A stretch of DNA of 64,000 nucleotides from an uncultured Gemmatimonadales bacterium. Lineage in GTDB: Bacteria > Gemmatimonadota > Gemmatimonadetes > Gemmatimonadales > GWC2-71-9. Shown one piece after another: positions 10,332 to 18,593 of this stretch. A program made the position numbers and the translations under genes. How positions within the stretch are numbered: position 1 is the stretch's first letter; the number at the start of each line of letters is the position of its first letter. The stretch covers positions 1,344,001 through 1,408,000 of the forward strand of contig CAVUAK010000001.1 in the NCBI GenBank assembly GCA_963739455.1, in the 5' to 3' direction. Below the pieces are notes generated by a model that made no database searches, was not told the origin of the DNA, and saw only the letters and a list, made by a program, of their open reading frames with translations.

Positions 10332-11507
10332 ATGCACTTCGGCTCCCGCTCCCTGCTGCTCCTCCTCGGCGCCGTCAACGGTGCCATCCTCGCCGTGCCA
10401 TTGCTGCGCGCCCGGGTCAACCGGACGGCGAACCGCCTGCTGGCCGCCCTGATCCTCGTCACCGCCATCCGGCTGATCCCGTACGTCGTGGGCTATGCGG
10501 GGGCATATGACGAGCACCGATGGCTCACCTTCGCCCCGTTCGACCTCACCTTCGCGTTCGGGCCACTGCTCTGGGGCTATGTCGTGGTGCTCACCACCGG
10601 TGCGCTCCCGAGCCGGTGGCGGTGGCACTTCGTGCCCGTCGCGCTGCAGCTGGCATACTCGCTCGCCTGCTTCACGCTCCCGATCGATGCCAAGTGGGAC
10701 TGGTATACGGGGTGGCACCTGCACCTGGTGGACCCGGTCATGCTCGGCCTGTTGCTGGTGTCGCTCAGCGGGTACCTGGTGGCGGCGGGGCGCCAGTACC
10801 GACGCTATCTCACCTGGCTGGATGACCACCTCAGCAACAACGACGACGTACGCCTTGCCTGGCTCCGCAACATCCTCCTCGCCTTTGCGGCGACGGTCGC
10901 CGTCACCACCGGCTTCGCCCTCGCGGGATGGTTCGTGACCCCGCTCAACTTCTTCGATCGGTTCCCGGTGATGGTATGGCTCGCCGGGCTCACCTATTTC
11001 CTGGGTCTCGCGGGCTGGCGTGATGGTGAGCGACGCTATCCGCTCCCGTCGGATGTTGCCGACGGGCCGGCGCTGGTCCCATCCCGGCCCGAGCCGCGCG
11101 TCGACTACGCCGCCATCGCGAAGGGGTGGGTGAGCACCATCGAGGCAGGGGCGTGGTGCCGCGATGAGACGCTGACCCGGGAGCGGCTCGCCGAGCGACT
11201 GGGGACCTCGCCGAGGACACTGTCGCGCGTGCTGAATGAGGGGAGGGGGGAGAGCTTCCACCGCTTCATCAATGGGCTCAGGGTGCGGGCCGTGCAGCGG
11301 GAACTGGAGGATCCGGCTTCCGACCGGGACCTCCTGCAGGTGGCGCTCGATGCCGGCTTCTCGGCGAAGGCATCGTTCAACCGCGTCTTCAAGTCGGTGA
11401 CGGGCATGACACCCTCCACCTACCGGGAAATGGCCCGCTCGGGAGGTCTCACTTCGGGCCAAACCGTTGGAACGGCGGAAGCTGAGACGCAGACAAGGGG
11501 GGAGTAG
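10332..11507 (+). CDS. AraC-family regulator with N-terminal multi-TM sensor domain
   Basis: About six hydrophobic segments, then LAERLGTSPRTLSRVLN and VALDAGFSAKASFNRVFKSVTGMTPSTYR. Confidence 0.88.
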   Translation: MHFGSRSLLLLLGAVNGAILAVPLLRARVNRTANRLLAALILVTAIRLIPYVVGYAGAYDEHRWLTFAPFDLTFAFGPLLWGYVVVLTTGALPSRWRWHFVPVALQLAYSLACFTLPIDAKWDWYTGWHLHLVDPVMLGLLLVSLSGYLVAAGRQYRRYLTWLDDHLSNNDDVRLAWLRNILLAFAATVAVTTGFALAGWFVTPLNFFDRFPVMVWLAGLTYFLGLAGWRDGERRYPLPSDVADGPALVPSRPEPRVDYAAIAKGWVSTIEAGAWCRDETLTRERLAERLGTSPRTLSRVLNEGRGESFHRFINGLRVRAVQRELEDPASDRDLLQVALDAGFSAKASFNRVFKSVTGMTPSTYREMARSGGLTSGQTVGTAEAETQTRGE

Positions 11508-11546
11508 GGTAGGATCGCCGGTCCCTCAACCCGGCGCCGTTCATCG

Positions 11547-13052
11547 ATGAGAGCAATTCCACTCCTGCTGGCGTTCCTGACGTTGGGTGCGGGAGGCGCA
11601 CCTGCCCAGGCACCCGGCCCCATTGCTGCCCACCCCGACACTGGCACGCTGTCCGCAGCGGCGCTGCAGGCCGACGTGCAGGTGCTCCGGCAGGCGTATG
11701 AGGCACTGCATCCGGGCCTCTATCGATACAACACGCCGGCGGCGATGAACCTCCACTTCGACTCGCTGGCGGCGGCCCTGGGTCACGACCAGTCGCTGGC
11801 GCAGGCGTACGTCACTATCGCGCGCTTCCTCAACCTGATCGAGTGCGGGCACACCTTCCCCAACCCCTTCAACCAGAAGGACCGGGTCCTGGGCGAGGTG
11901 GTGACTGCCGGCGGGAGGGTGCCCTTCTACTTCCGCTGGCTCGATGGACGGATGATCGTCACCCGCAACGTGTCGAGTGACTCATCGCTGTCGCGGGGCA
12001 CCGAGGTGCTGGCGATCAACGGGGTGTCGTCGGCAGAGCTCCTGCGACAGCTCACGCCACTGTCGCGCGCTGATGGCAGCAACGATGCGAAGCGGGTGGC
12101 CAACCTCGAGGTGCTCGAGGTGGAGAGGTACAGTGCGTTCGACGTGTACTACCCGCTTGTCTTCAATGTGCCGGCTGGGCCGTGGATGTTCGAGGTGAAG
12201 TCGCCCGCGGGGCAGGTGCGGCGGGTGGCACTGATGCCGGTGAATGCGGCGGCACGCTCGGCGGTGGCGGACTCGGTCGGGAGCGAGGGACAGGACTCAC
12301 TGACGCCGCCGTGGACACTCCGCCAGGCGGACGGCGGCATCGCCGTGCTCAGCATGCCGACATGGGTGACGTACAACAACCACTGGGACTGGCAGGGGTT
12401 CATCCATCGCGCGTTCGCCGAGCTCGTGGCACGGGGCACGCCGAACCTGGTGATCGACCTGCGCGGGAACGAAGGAGGGACGAGCGTAGGCGAAGTCATC
12501 CTGCAGCACCTCGTCGACGCGCCGCTGGCGCTCTCCACCTCCGATCATTTCACTCGCTACCGGAGCATTCCGCCGAGCCTCAGGCCCTACCTCGATACAT
12601 GGGATCGATCGTTCGACGACTGGGGTGCCGCGGCGACGCCATCTGCAAGCCGGCCCGGCTTCTACCGGATGACGAAGTACGACGATGACCAGGAGGGCGT
12701 CGTCATCCAGCCGGCCGCACCGCGGTATCGGGGCAAGGTGTGGGTGCTGGTCGGCCCGGAGAACAGTTCGGCGACGTTCGAGTTCGCACTCGCGGTGAAG
12801 CAGCACAACCTGGCGACGCTGGTGGGACGCCCGACGGGTGGCAACCAGCGCGGCATCAATGGCGGCGCGTTCTACTTCCTGCGGCTGCCCAATTCGGGGA
12901 TCGAAGTGGACCTGCCGCTGATTGCCCAGTTCCCCAGGGAGCCGCAGCCAGATGCCGGGATTACGCCCGATGTGCTGGTGGAGCCGTCGGTGCAGGACAT
13001 CGCGGCGGGAGTGGATGCGGAGCTGGAGGCGGTGCGGGCGCGGACAAGATAG
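11547..13052 (+). CDS. Secreted S41-family peptidase
   Basis: Signal peptide, LVIDLRGNEGG, NSSAT, TLVGRPTGG, GITPDV. Confidence 0.82.
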   Translation: MRAIPLLLAFLTLGAGGAPAQAPGPIAAHPDTGTLSAAALQADVQVLRQAYEALHPGLYRYNTPAAMNLHFDSLAAALGHDQSLAQAYVTIARFLNLIECGHTFPNPFNQKDRVLGEVVTAGGRVPFYFRWLDGRMIVTRNVSSDSSLSRGTEVLAINGVSSAELLRQLTPLSRADGSNDAKRVANLEVLEVERYSAFDVYYPLVFNVPAGPWMFEVKSPAGQVRRVALMPVNAAARSAVADSVGSEGQDSLTPPWTLRQADGGIAVLSMPTWVTYNNHWDWQGFIHRAFAELVARGTPNLVIDLRGNEGGTSVGEVILQHLVDAPLALSTSDHFTRYRSIPPSLRPYLDTWDRSFDDWGAAATPSASRPGFYRMTKYDDDQEGVVIQPAAPRYRGKVWVLVGPENSSATFEFALAVKQHNLATLVGRPTGGNQRGINGGAFYFLRLPNSGIEVDLPLIAQFPREPQPDAGITPDVLVEPSVQDIAAGVDAELEAVRARTR

Positions 13053-13139
13053 GAACTGCGGGAACAGGGAACAGGGAACAGGGAACAGGGAACAGCGAAC
13101 AGGAAGGGGCGACTCGCCTTTCCGGTACTATTCTTCTGT

Positions 13140-14087
13140 ATGCCCCTACTTGGATTGCACCACGTCACCGCCATCACTGGCGACGCGCCAGCCAACCTGC
13201 GCTTCTACCGGGACGTTCTGGGCCTGCGCCTGGTGAAGAAGACGGTGAACCAGGACGATGTCTCGGCTTACCACCTCTTCTATGCCGACGCGAAGGGAAC
13301 TCCAGGCACCGACGTCACCTTCTTCGACTGGCCGCGGGCTGCGCCGCACCAGGCGGGAGTGAGCGACATCTCGCGCATCGGGCTCAGGGTGCCGAGCGGT
13401 GCGTTGCCGGCGTGGGAAGCTCGATTCGCCGAAAGAGGCGTGAAGCACGATCCGGTCGCGCCGGTTGCGGGCCGGCCGACGCTGCACTTTACCGATCCAG
13501 AGGGACAGCGCCTGGCGCTCGTCGCCACCGACGAGCCGGCGACGCCACCCGTCTCGGTGCCATGGACGGCAGGAGGAGTGAGCGAAAGCGAGGCGATCCG
13601 GGGATTGGGCCCGATCTCGCTCACGGTGCGGAAGGCCGACTCCACCGTCGCGGTGCTCACCGAGATCATGGGCTTCTCGCCCATCAGTGATACCGAAGTA
13701 GATGGTGGCCGCGATCTCGTGCTCCGCTTGGGCGATTCCGGCGCTGCGGGTGAATTGCAGGTCGAGGAGCGTCGGGCGCTCCCCATGGCGCGCCAGGGCC
13801 GGGGCGGCGTGCACCATGTCGCGTTCCGCACCCACGATGACGCATCTCAGAAGGAGTGGCTGGACCGGCTGCAGCGCTCCGGCGTGCCGAACTCCGGGAT
13901 CATCGACCGCTTCTATTTCCGCTCGCTCTACTTCCGCGAACCCAACGGCATCCTCTTCGAGCTCGCCACCGATGGACCGGGATTCTCGGCCGACGAGTCA
14001 GCCGAAAGCCTGGGCGCAAAGCTCGCGCTGCCGCCTTTCCTCGAGCCTCGCCGCGCGAGTATCGAGGCGGGGCTGGTGCCGCTTTGA
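13140..14087 (+). CDS. Ring-cleaving dioxygenase (VOC/glyoxalase family, MhqO-like)
   Basis: GLHHVTAI, LVKKTVNQDD, GGVHHVAFR, DRFYFRSLYFREPNGILFELATDGPGF. Confidence 0.9.
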   Translation: MPLLGLHHVTAITGDAPANLRFYRDVLGLRLVKKTVNQDDVSAYHLFYADAKGTPGTDVTFFDWPRAAPHQAGVSDISRIGLRVPSGALPAWEARFAERGVKHDPVAPVAGRPTLHFTDPEGQRLALVATDEPATPPVSVPWTAGGVSESEAIRGLGPISLTVRKADSTVAVLTEIMGFSPISDTEVDGGRDLVLRLGDSGAAGELQVEERRALPMARQGRGGVHHVAFRTHDDASQKEWLDRLQRSGVPNSGIIDRFYFRSLYFREPNGILFELATDGPGFSADESAESLGAKLALPPFLEPRRASIEAGLVPL

Positions 14088-14641
14088 CCATCCTGCTCGC
14101 GCTTCTCGCGGCGATCGTGCTGTATGTCATCCTGGCATTCAACTCGCTTACCCGACTCCGGCTGCTCGCGAACAACGCCTGGGCAGACATCGATGTACAG
14201 CTCAAGCGACGGCACGACCTGGTTCCGCGCCTGGTGGAGACGGTGAAGGGGCACACCGGGTATGAGCGGGGCACGATCGAGGCAGTGGTAGCAGCCCGGA
14301 ACCGCGCCACCGCTGCCACCGGGCCATCGGCGAGTGGGGTCGCCGAGGGTGAGCTCACCGGTGCAGTGCGACAGGTATTCGCCCTGGCCGAGGCGTATCC
14401 CGACCTCAAGGCGGGAGAGAGCTTCCTGTCGCTTCAGCGATCGCTCGTCGAGATCGAGGATCACATCCAGAACGCGCGCCGCTACTACAACGCGGTGGTG
14501 CGCGACCTGAACACGAAGATTGCGCAGTTCCCCTCCAACCTGATCGCCGGTCCCTTCGGCATCGCGCCGCGCGAGTTCTTCGGGCTGGCTGATACCTCCG
14601 AGGCGGCGGCGCCCGGCATCGAATTCGGCAAGCAGTCGTGA
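14084..14641 (+). CDS. lemA: LemA family protein
   Basis: N-terminal TM, NAWADIDVQLKRRHDLVP, AEAYPDLKA, ARRYYNAVV, FPSNLIA. TTG start overlaps the upstream stop. Confidence 0.9.
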   Translation: MTILLALLAAIVLYVILAFNSLTRLRLLANNAWADIDVQLKRRHDLVPRLVETVKGHTGYERGTIEAVVAARNRATAATGPSASGVAEGELTGAVRQVFALAEAYPDLKAGESFLSLQRSLVEIEDHIQNARRYYNAVVRDLNTKIAQFPSNLIAGPFGIAPREFFGLADTSEAAAPGIEFGKQS

Positions 14642-16362
14642 GGCGCGCCGTGCTGGTGGCGCTTGCCACGCTCACCGTTTCCACCACAGCACAGGCCCAG
14701 CGTACGCTGGCAATCCAGGATTTCCACGCACAGATCGTGGTGAACACGGACGGTAGTATCGACGTCACCGAGACGATCACGGCGCGCTTCGACGGCAAGT
14801 GGAACGGGATCTATCGCACGGTGCCGGTGGACTATCACAATCCGCAGGGATTCAACTGGTCACTGCGGCTCAGCGAGACAGCGGCAACAGGCCCCGACGG
14901 CGGCGCACTCAAGGTCGAAAGCAGCCGCATGGGGCACTACCAGAAGTTCAAGATCTGGGTGCCGGGTGCCGAGGACGTGACGAAGACGGTGTCGTTCCAC
15001 TACAGGGCGGTGAACGGCCTTCGGTTCTTCGAGGATCACGACGAGCTCTACTGGAACATCACCGGCGACGAGTGGGACGTGCCGATCGAGTCGGCGAGTG
15101 CCACGATCACGCTTCCCGAGGGTGCTGCGGGAGTCCGGGCGATTGCCTTCAACGGCGACTACGGCAGCCGGGCGCAGGACGCGGTGGTGAACATCGATGG
15201 CAGGACGGTGAGCGTGCGCATGCCGCATCCGCTCGGCTTCCACGAGGGTGTCACCGGCGTGGTGGGATGGAACACCGGCCTGGTGAAGCGCCCAACGGCG
15301 GCGGCAAAGGTGATGGGCTTCTTCGCCAGCAACTGGCCGCTGATGCTGCCGCTGCCGGTGCTGCTCGGCATGCTGACACTCTGGTGGAAACGTGGTCGCG
15401 ACCCGCGGAAGCGCCCGGTGACGGTGCAGTACGAGCCGCCGAAGGATGTATCCCCGGCCGAGGCCGGAGTGCTGATCGACGAGAAGGTGGACATGCGTGA
15501 CGTGATGGCCACGCTCGTCGACATGGCGGTGCGCGGCTACATCCGCATCGAGGAAAAGGAGGAGCCGCACCTCTTCGGGCTCTGGACGTCGAAGGAATAC
15601 GTGTTTCACCGACTCAAGCCACCAGCGGAATGGCGCGACCTGCAGCGGCATGAGCAGCTCCTGCTGGAGGGCTTGTTCGACGGACACGGCACCTCGGTGG
15701 AACTGTCCGACCTCAAGAACCAGTTCTACCGGAGCCTGGGCGGGATCCAGACGGCGGTGACCCGCCGGCTGGTGGACCAGGGGCACTACCGCGCCGATCC
15801 CGCCACGGTGCGGGGGCGCTGGCGCTTCGGCGCCATCTTCGCCGGCTTCGTCACCTTCGCGCTTGGCGGTGTCGTCGGCGCGAAGTTCGGGTTTACGCCG
15901 CTGCCCTTCATGGTGGCCGGGGTGAGCATTGCGCTGATCATCGCCATCATCGGGCAGCTGATGCCTGCGCGGACGGTGCCGGGCACGCGCACGCTGGAGC
16001 AGGTGCTCGGGTTCGAGGAGTTCCTGTCGCGGGTGGAGAAGGAGAACTACGCGCGGGTGGTGAAGACTCCGGAGATGTTCGAGCGGTTCCTGCCCTATGC
16101 GATGGCGTTCGGGGTGGAGCGGACCTGGGCGAAGGCATTCAAGGACATCGTGCGCGCGCCGCCGCAGTGGTACAGCGGGGGGAACATGTCGGTTTTCGAT
16201 GCATCCCATTTCAGCAACCGCATCGGTGCCCTGTCCAGCAGCGCGGGGAGCGCCATGACGTCGTCGCCGCGGAGCTCGGGCGGTTCGGGCTTCAGCAGCG
16301 GTGGGTCGTCGGGCGGGTCATCGGGTGGTGGATCAGGGGGCGGCGGTGGCGGGGGCTTTTAG
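14638..16362 (+). CDS. DUF2207-family membrane protein
   Basis: DGSIDVTETI, DELYWNITG, FERFLPYAMAFG, Gly/Ser tail. Typical lemA partner. Confidence 0.85.
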   Translation: MRRAVLVALATLTVSTTAQAQRTLAIQDFHAQIVVNTDGSIDVTETITARFDGKWNGIYRTVPVDYHNPQGFNWSLRLSETAATGPDGGALKVESSRMGHYQKFKIWVPGAEDVTKTVSFHYRAVNGLRFFEDHDELYWNITGDEWDVPIESASATITLPEGAAGVRAIAFNGDYGSRAQDAVVNIDGRTVSVRMPHPLGFHEGVTGVVGWNTGLVKRPTAAAKVMGFFASNWPLMLPLPVLLGMLTLWWKRGRDPRKRPVTVQYEPPKDVSPAEAGVLIDEKVDMRDVMATLVDMAVRGYIRIEEKEEPHLFGLWTSKEYVFHRLKPPAEWRDLQRHEQLLLEGLFDGHGTSVELSDLKNQFYRSLGGIQTAVTRRLVDQGHYRADPATVRGRWRFGAIFAGFVTFALGGVVGAKFGFTPLPFMVAGVSIALIIAIIGQLMPARTVPGTRTLEQVLGFEEFLSRVEKENYARVVKTPEMFERFLPYAMAFGVERTWAKAFKDIVRAPPQWYSGGNMSVFDASHFSNRIGALSSSAGSAMTSSPRSSGGSGFSSGGSSGGSSGGGSGGGGGGGF

Positions 16363-17283
16363 CGGTGCCTTCCTGCCGCCCCACCAGTAGATCCACGTTG
16401 TGCCGATGGTGTTGAAGTTGCCTCCCGTGCGAGCGTACAGGCCGGTGGTGCCGAAGATGCGGAGCGCGTTGTGGCGATTCACGGGAAAGACGAGTGTGGC
16501 GCCGAGGCGCCCGTTCTGCTGGAACTCAGGGTCCTTCACGCCGTCCGTGGTAATCCTGCCCCCGCCGTACAGCGTACCGCCCACCGCGCCCCAGATGCCC
16601 GACCTGAAGGTGTAGACGACGTTCAACTGTCCGGAGTAGAGTGGCGCCTGCTGGCGAACGTGGCCATTGAAGAAATCACCGTTCGCGGTGTAGAAAGTGA
16701 CCGCGCCGAGGAATTCGAGCGTCAACCGACCAAGGGCCTGGGAGAGGCCGACCTGGGGCCGGAACGACCAGCGGTGAGTGCCGACGTTGATGAGCTTTGT
16801 GTTGTCATACTGTCCGATGGGCGCGGTCACGGTGAGGTTCGCGCCCATGAGCAGGCCCTGGTGGTAATGCGGCAACTCGCTCAGCGAGAGCGCCGGGGCG
16901 CCGAGGAAGTTCACCGATACCGCGCCAGTGAAGTCGCTCAGCCCGCAGACATTGCGGGACTCCGCGACGCCTCGAACCTCGCCCGTGCCGTGTATGCAGG
17001 CGAAGGCGTTGCCAAAATTGGCCTTGGCCGACATGCCGAAGAAATTGAAGGCGTGCGAATAGCCGGCGAGGGGGCCATGAAAGGTCACGTGGGCGTTCTC
17101 GATCGGCACGGACGGATCGAACGAGACACTTCCCCAGGAGTAGCCATATCCGCCGATCAGGAAGTTCATCCCGACGGGGGTGTTGACGAAAAAGCGGGGG
17201 TCGAGGGTCTGGGCGCGCGCCGGTGCCGAGGTGCCCAGCAGGAGGAGGCCCAGAAGGGGCACGGTGATAGAGTAGGGGCGCAC
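16333..17283 (-). CDS. Putative outer-membrane 'transporter' (phenol/MetA-degradation-like beta-barrel)
   Basis: Signal peptide, NTPVGMN, APIGQYD.KLINVGTHRWSFRPQVG. Confidence 0.65.
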   Translation of the reverse strand: MRPYSITVPLLGLLLLGTSAPARAQTLDPRFFVNTPVGMNFLIGGYGYSWGSVSFDPSVPIENAHVTFHGPLAGYSHAFNFFGMSAKANFGNAFACIHGTGEVRGVAESRNVCGLSDFTGAVSVNFLGAPALSLSELPHYHQGLLMGANLTVTAPIGQYDNTKLINVGTHRWSFRPQVGLSQALGRLTLEFLGAVTFYTANGDFFNGHVRQQAPLYSGQLNVVYTFRSGIWGAVGGTLYGGGRITTDGVKDPEFQQNGRLGATLVFPVNRHNALRIFGTTGLYARTGGNFNTIGTTWIYWWGGRKAPLKAPATAAP

Positions 17284-17371
17284 GGACGAACAAGGTACGG
17301 CATCGATGCCAACTGCGGGAAGAGGGAAGCGGGAAGAGGGGGTCTTGCGCGATTTCCCGATAACCTGTACT

Positions 17372-17461
17372 GTGTCTGCGCTTGACCGGGAGTCGCGTCC
17401 CAGAGGTCGTCGATCCAGAGCAGTGCCGCACGGCACCAGCAGGGTCGGCTATGGTGGCTGA
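17372..17461 (+). CDS. Putative leader peptide 1 (29 aa, Arg-rich, probably leaderless)
   Basis: GTG...TGA encodes MSALDRESRPRGRRSRAVPHGTSRVGYGG. TAACCT (17361-17366) lies 5 nt upstream. The stop overlaps the 5' arm of terminator 1. Confidence 0.45.
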   Translation: MSALDRESRPRGRRSRAVPHGTSRVGYGG

Positions 17462-17508
17462 GCCTGGCTCTCCCCCTACGACCACCGAGACGCGGCTCTT
17501 TTTGTTTT
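17460..17508 (+). terminator. Putative intrinsic terminator/attenuator 1
   Basis: Imperfect stem (GAGCC/GGCTC plus TCTC/GAGA) followed by TTTTTGTTTT. Confidence 0.5.
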
Positions 17509-17545
17509 CCGTCGATTGACGATTTCCTGATGTAAGGAGTGCACT

Positions 17546-17725
17546 GTGTCCGCGATGTCACGCAGGTCCATCCCAGCACGACCCTGCCGCTTGCATGGGG
17601 CAAAGGTGCGCACGGTCGCGCTCGCGACGGTGAAGGGGGACGTGTATGCGGACCGGCGAGCCTTGGTCGAGGGCGGTCGTGGAATTGATGCGATGCAGGT
17701 GGGGAGCGTGAACCGGGGGCCATAA
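17546..17725 (+). CDS. Putative leader peptide 2 (59 aa, ends NRGP-stop)
   Basis: AAGGAG SD (17534-17539), GTG 17546, TAA 17723-17725. MSAMSRRSIPARPCRLHGAKVRTVALATVKGDVYADRRALVEGGRGIDAMQVGSVNRGP. Confidence 0.65.
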   Translation: MSAMSRRSIPARPCRLHGAKVRTVALATVKGDVYADRRALVEGGRGIDAMQVGSVNRGP

Positions 17726-17760
17726 GCGGCCTGGGTTCGGCTCCATCGGGCGAGAGGATC

Positions 17761-17802
17761 GCCCCACCTGCGCAGAAGATGCCGGGTGGGGCTTTTTGTT
17801 TT
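17761..17802 (+). terminator. Intrinsic terminator/attenuator 2, with competing antiterminator 17695-17704
   Basis: GCCCCACCTG...CGGGTGGGGC stem followed by TTTTTGTTTT. GCAGGTGGGG (17695-17704) is the exact complement of 17762-17771. Confidence 0.8.
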
Positions 17803-17817
17803 CGGGAAGAGGAGTTT

Positions 17818-17830
17818 CGCTCTTTGACAA
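17818..17830 (+). promoter_or_regulatory. boxA antitermination element (NusB/NusE type)
   Basis: CGCTCTTTGACAA versus rrn boxA TGCTCTTTAACA. Lies just past the terminator and before the tRNA array. Confidence 0.7.
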
Positions 17831-17849
17831 CCGAAGGATGCGATGAAAA

Positions 17850-17913
17850 GACGTGATGACGTGAAGACGTGATGACGTGATGACGTGATGACGTGATGAC
17901 GTGATGACGTGAA
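17850..17913 (+). repeat. 8 x octamer GACGTGA(T/A)
   Basis: Direct reading. Same family at ~18088, ~18542, ~32683 and (reverse) ~44251. Confidence 0.95.
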
Positions 17914-18006
17914 GGAACTGCAGGCTGTGGCCGACGCGCGGATGGCGTTCTCATGCGAGACCGCGACTCCCGGATGGGGCGTCATTCGTTCGTCGTGCCA
18001 TTTCCT

Positions 18007-18078
18007 GAAGGCGTTGCGCAATGGGAGCGCGCCCGACTGTCTCTCGGGAGGGTGCGGGTTCGAATCCCGTCGGCTTCG
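18007..18078 (+). tRNA. tRNA-Asp(GTC), atypical, no encoded CCA
   Basis: Acceptor GAAGGCG/CGGCTTC (one G-G mismatch), D stem GCGC, anticodon stem CCCGA/TCGGG with loop CTGTCTC, T-loop TTCGAAT, G73. Confidence 0.8.
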
Positions 18079-18112
18079 TTGGTGCCGGACGTGAGGACGT
18101 GAGGGGTTATCC

Positions 18113-18185
18113 CAGGTGCGTAGCTCACTCGGCAGAGCGCGGGGATGTGGCCCCCGAGGAGGTGGTTCGAATCCGCCCCACCTGA
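18113..18185 (+). tRNA. tRNA-like gene with His(GTG) anticodon and irregular acceptor stem
   Basis: D stem GCTC/GAGC, anticodon stem CGGGG/CCCCG with loop ATGTGGC, TTCGAAT. Acceptor CAGGTG[C]G/CCACCTG needs a bulge. No G-1:C73. Confidence 0.65.
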
Positions 18186-18191
18186 TGTCAA

Positions 18192-18266
18192 CCGCCCGTA
18201 GCTGAGGCTGGGTCAAGCGCCCGTCTGATACACGGGAGCACGGAGGTTCGATTCCTCCCGGGCGGA
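18192..18266 (+). tRNA. tRNA-Ile(GAT), no CCA
   Basis: Acceptor CCGCCCG/CGGGCGG, anticodon stem CCCGT/ACGGG with loop CTGATAC, T arm GGAGG-TTCGATT-CCTCC, A73. Confidence 0.85.
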
Positions 18267-18277
18267 CTGCAGCACAA

Positions 18278-18350
18278 TCCTCGTAAGCATTGACGCGTGA
18301 TGCAGCGGGCTCTTAACCCGCAGAGCGGGGTTCGACTCCCCGACGGGGGA
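18278..18350 (+). tRNA. tRNA-Lys(CTT), atypical, no CCA
   Basis: Acceptor TCCTCGT/ACGGGGG (U1-G72), D stem GCAT/ATGC, anticodon stem GCGGG/CCCGC with loop CTCTTAA, TTCGACT. A instead of U8. Confidence 0.82.
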
Positions 18351-18353
18351 CTT

Positions 18354-18425
18354 GCTCCAGTGGCCGAGCGGCCGAGGCACCAGCCTTCCAAGCTGTGGAC
18401 GGGGGTTCGATTCCCTCCTGGAGCT
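18354..18425 (+). tRNA. tRNA-Gly(TCC), no CCA
   Basis: Acceptor GCTCCAG/CTGGAGC, loop CTTCCAA, TTCGATT, U73. Confidence 0.88.
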
Positions 18426-18462
18426 TTGAACTGCGGGGGACAGGGAACAGGGAACAGGAAAC

Positions 18463-18534
18463 GCGCGGATAGCTCAGCGGGAGAGCGCCGGTCTCACATA
18501 CCGGAAGGCGCTGGTTCAATCCCAGCTCCGCGTA
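18463..18534 (+). tRNA. tRNA-Val(CAC), no CCA
   Basis: Acceptor GCGCGGA/TCCGCGT, TAGCTCAGCGGGAGAGC, anticodon stem CCGGT/ACCGG with loop CTCACAT, TTCAATC, A73. Confidence 0.9.
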
Positions 18535-18593
18535 TCGTCATGACGTGAAGACGTGAGGACGTGAAGACGTGAGGAAACCGAAAGGAGGGTCAG

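Noticed and set aside
17400..17460. SAM-I or guanidine (ykkC) riboswitch in the leader
   Set aside because: ATCCAGAG and a small hairpin resemble the SAM-I start, but the GCAACC/P3-P4 core and the ykkC 3' motif are absent. An Rfam scan would settle it.
17850..17913. CRISPR array
   Set aside because: Contiguous 8-mers without spacers. No cas genes or 25-45-nt repeat-spacer pattern seen in the window.
17166..18548. ORF-track proteins across the tRNA array (17476-18216, 17166-17954 and others)
   Set aside because: They are antisense translations of tRNAs and repeats.
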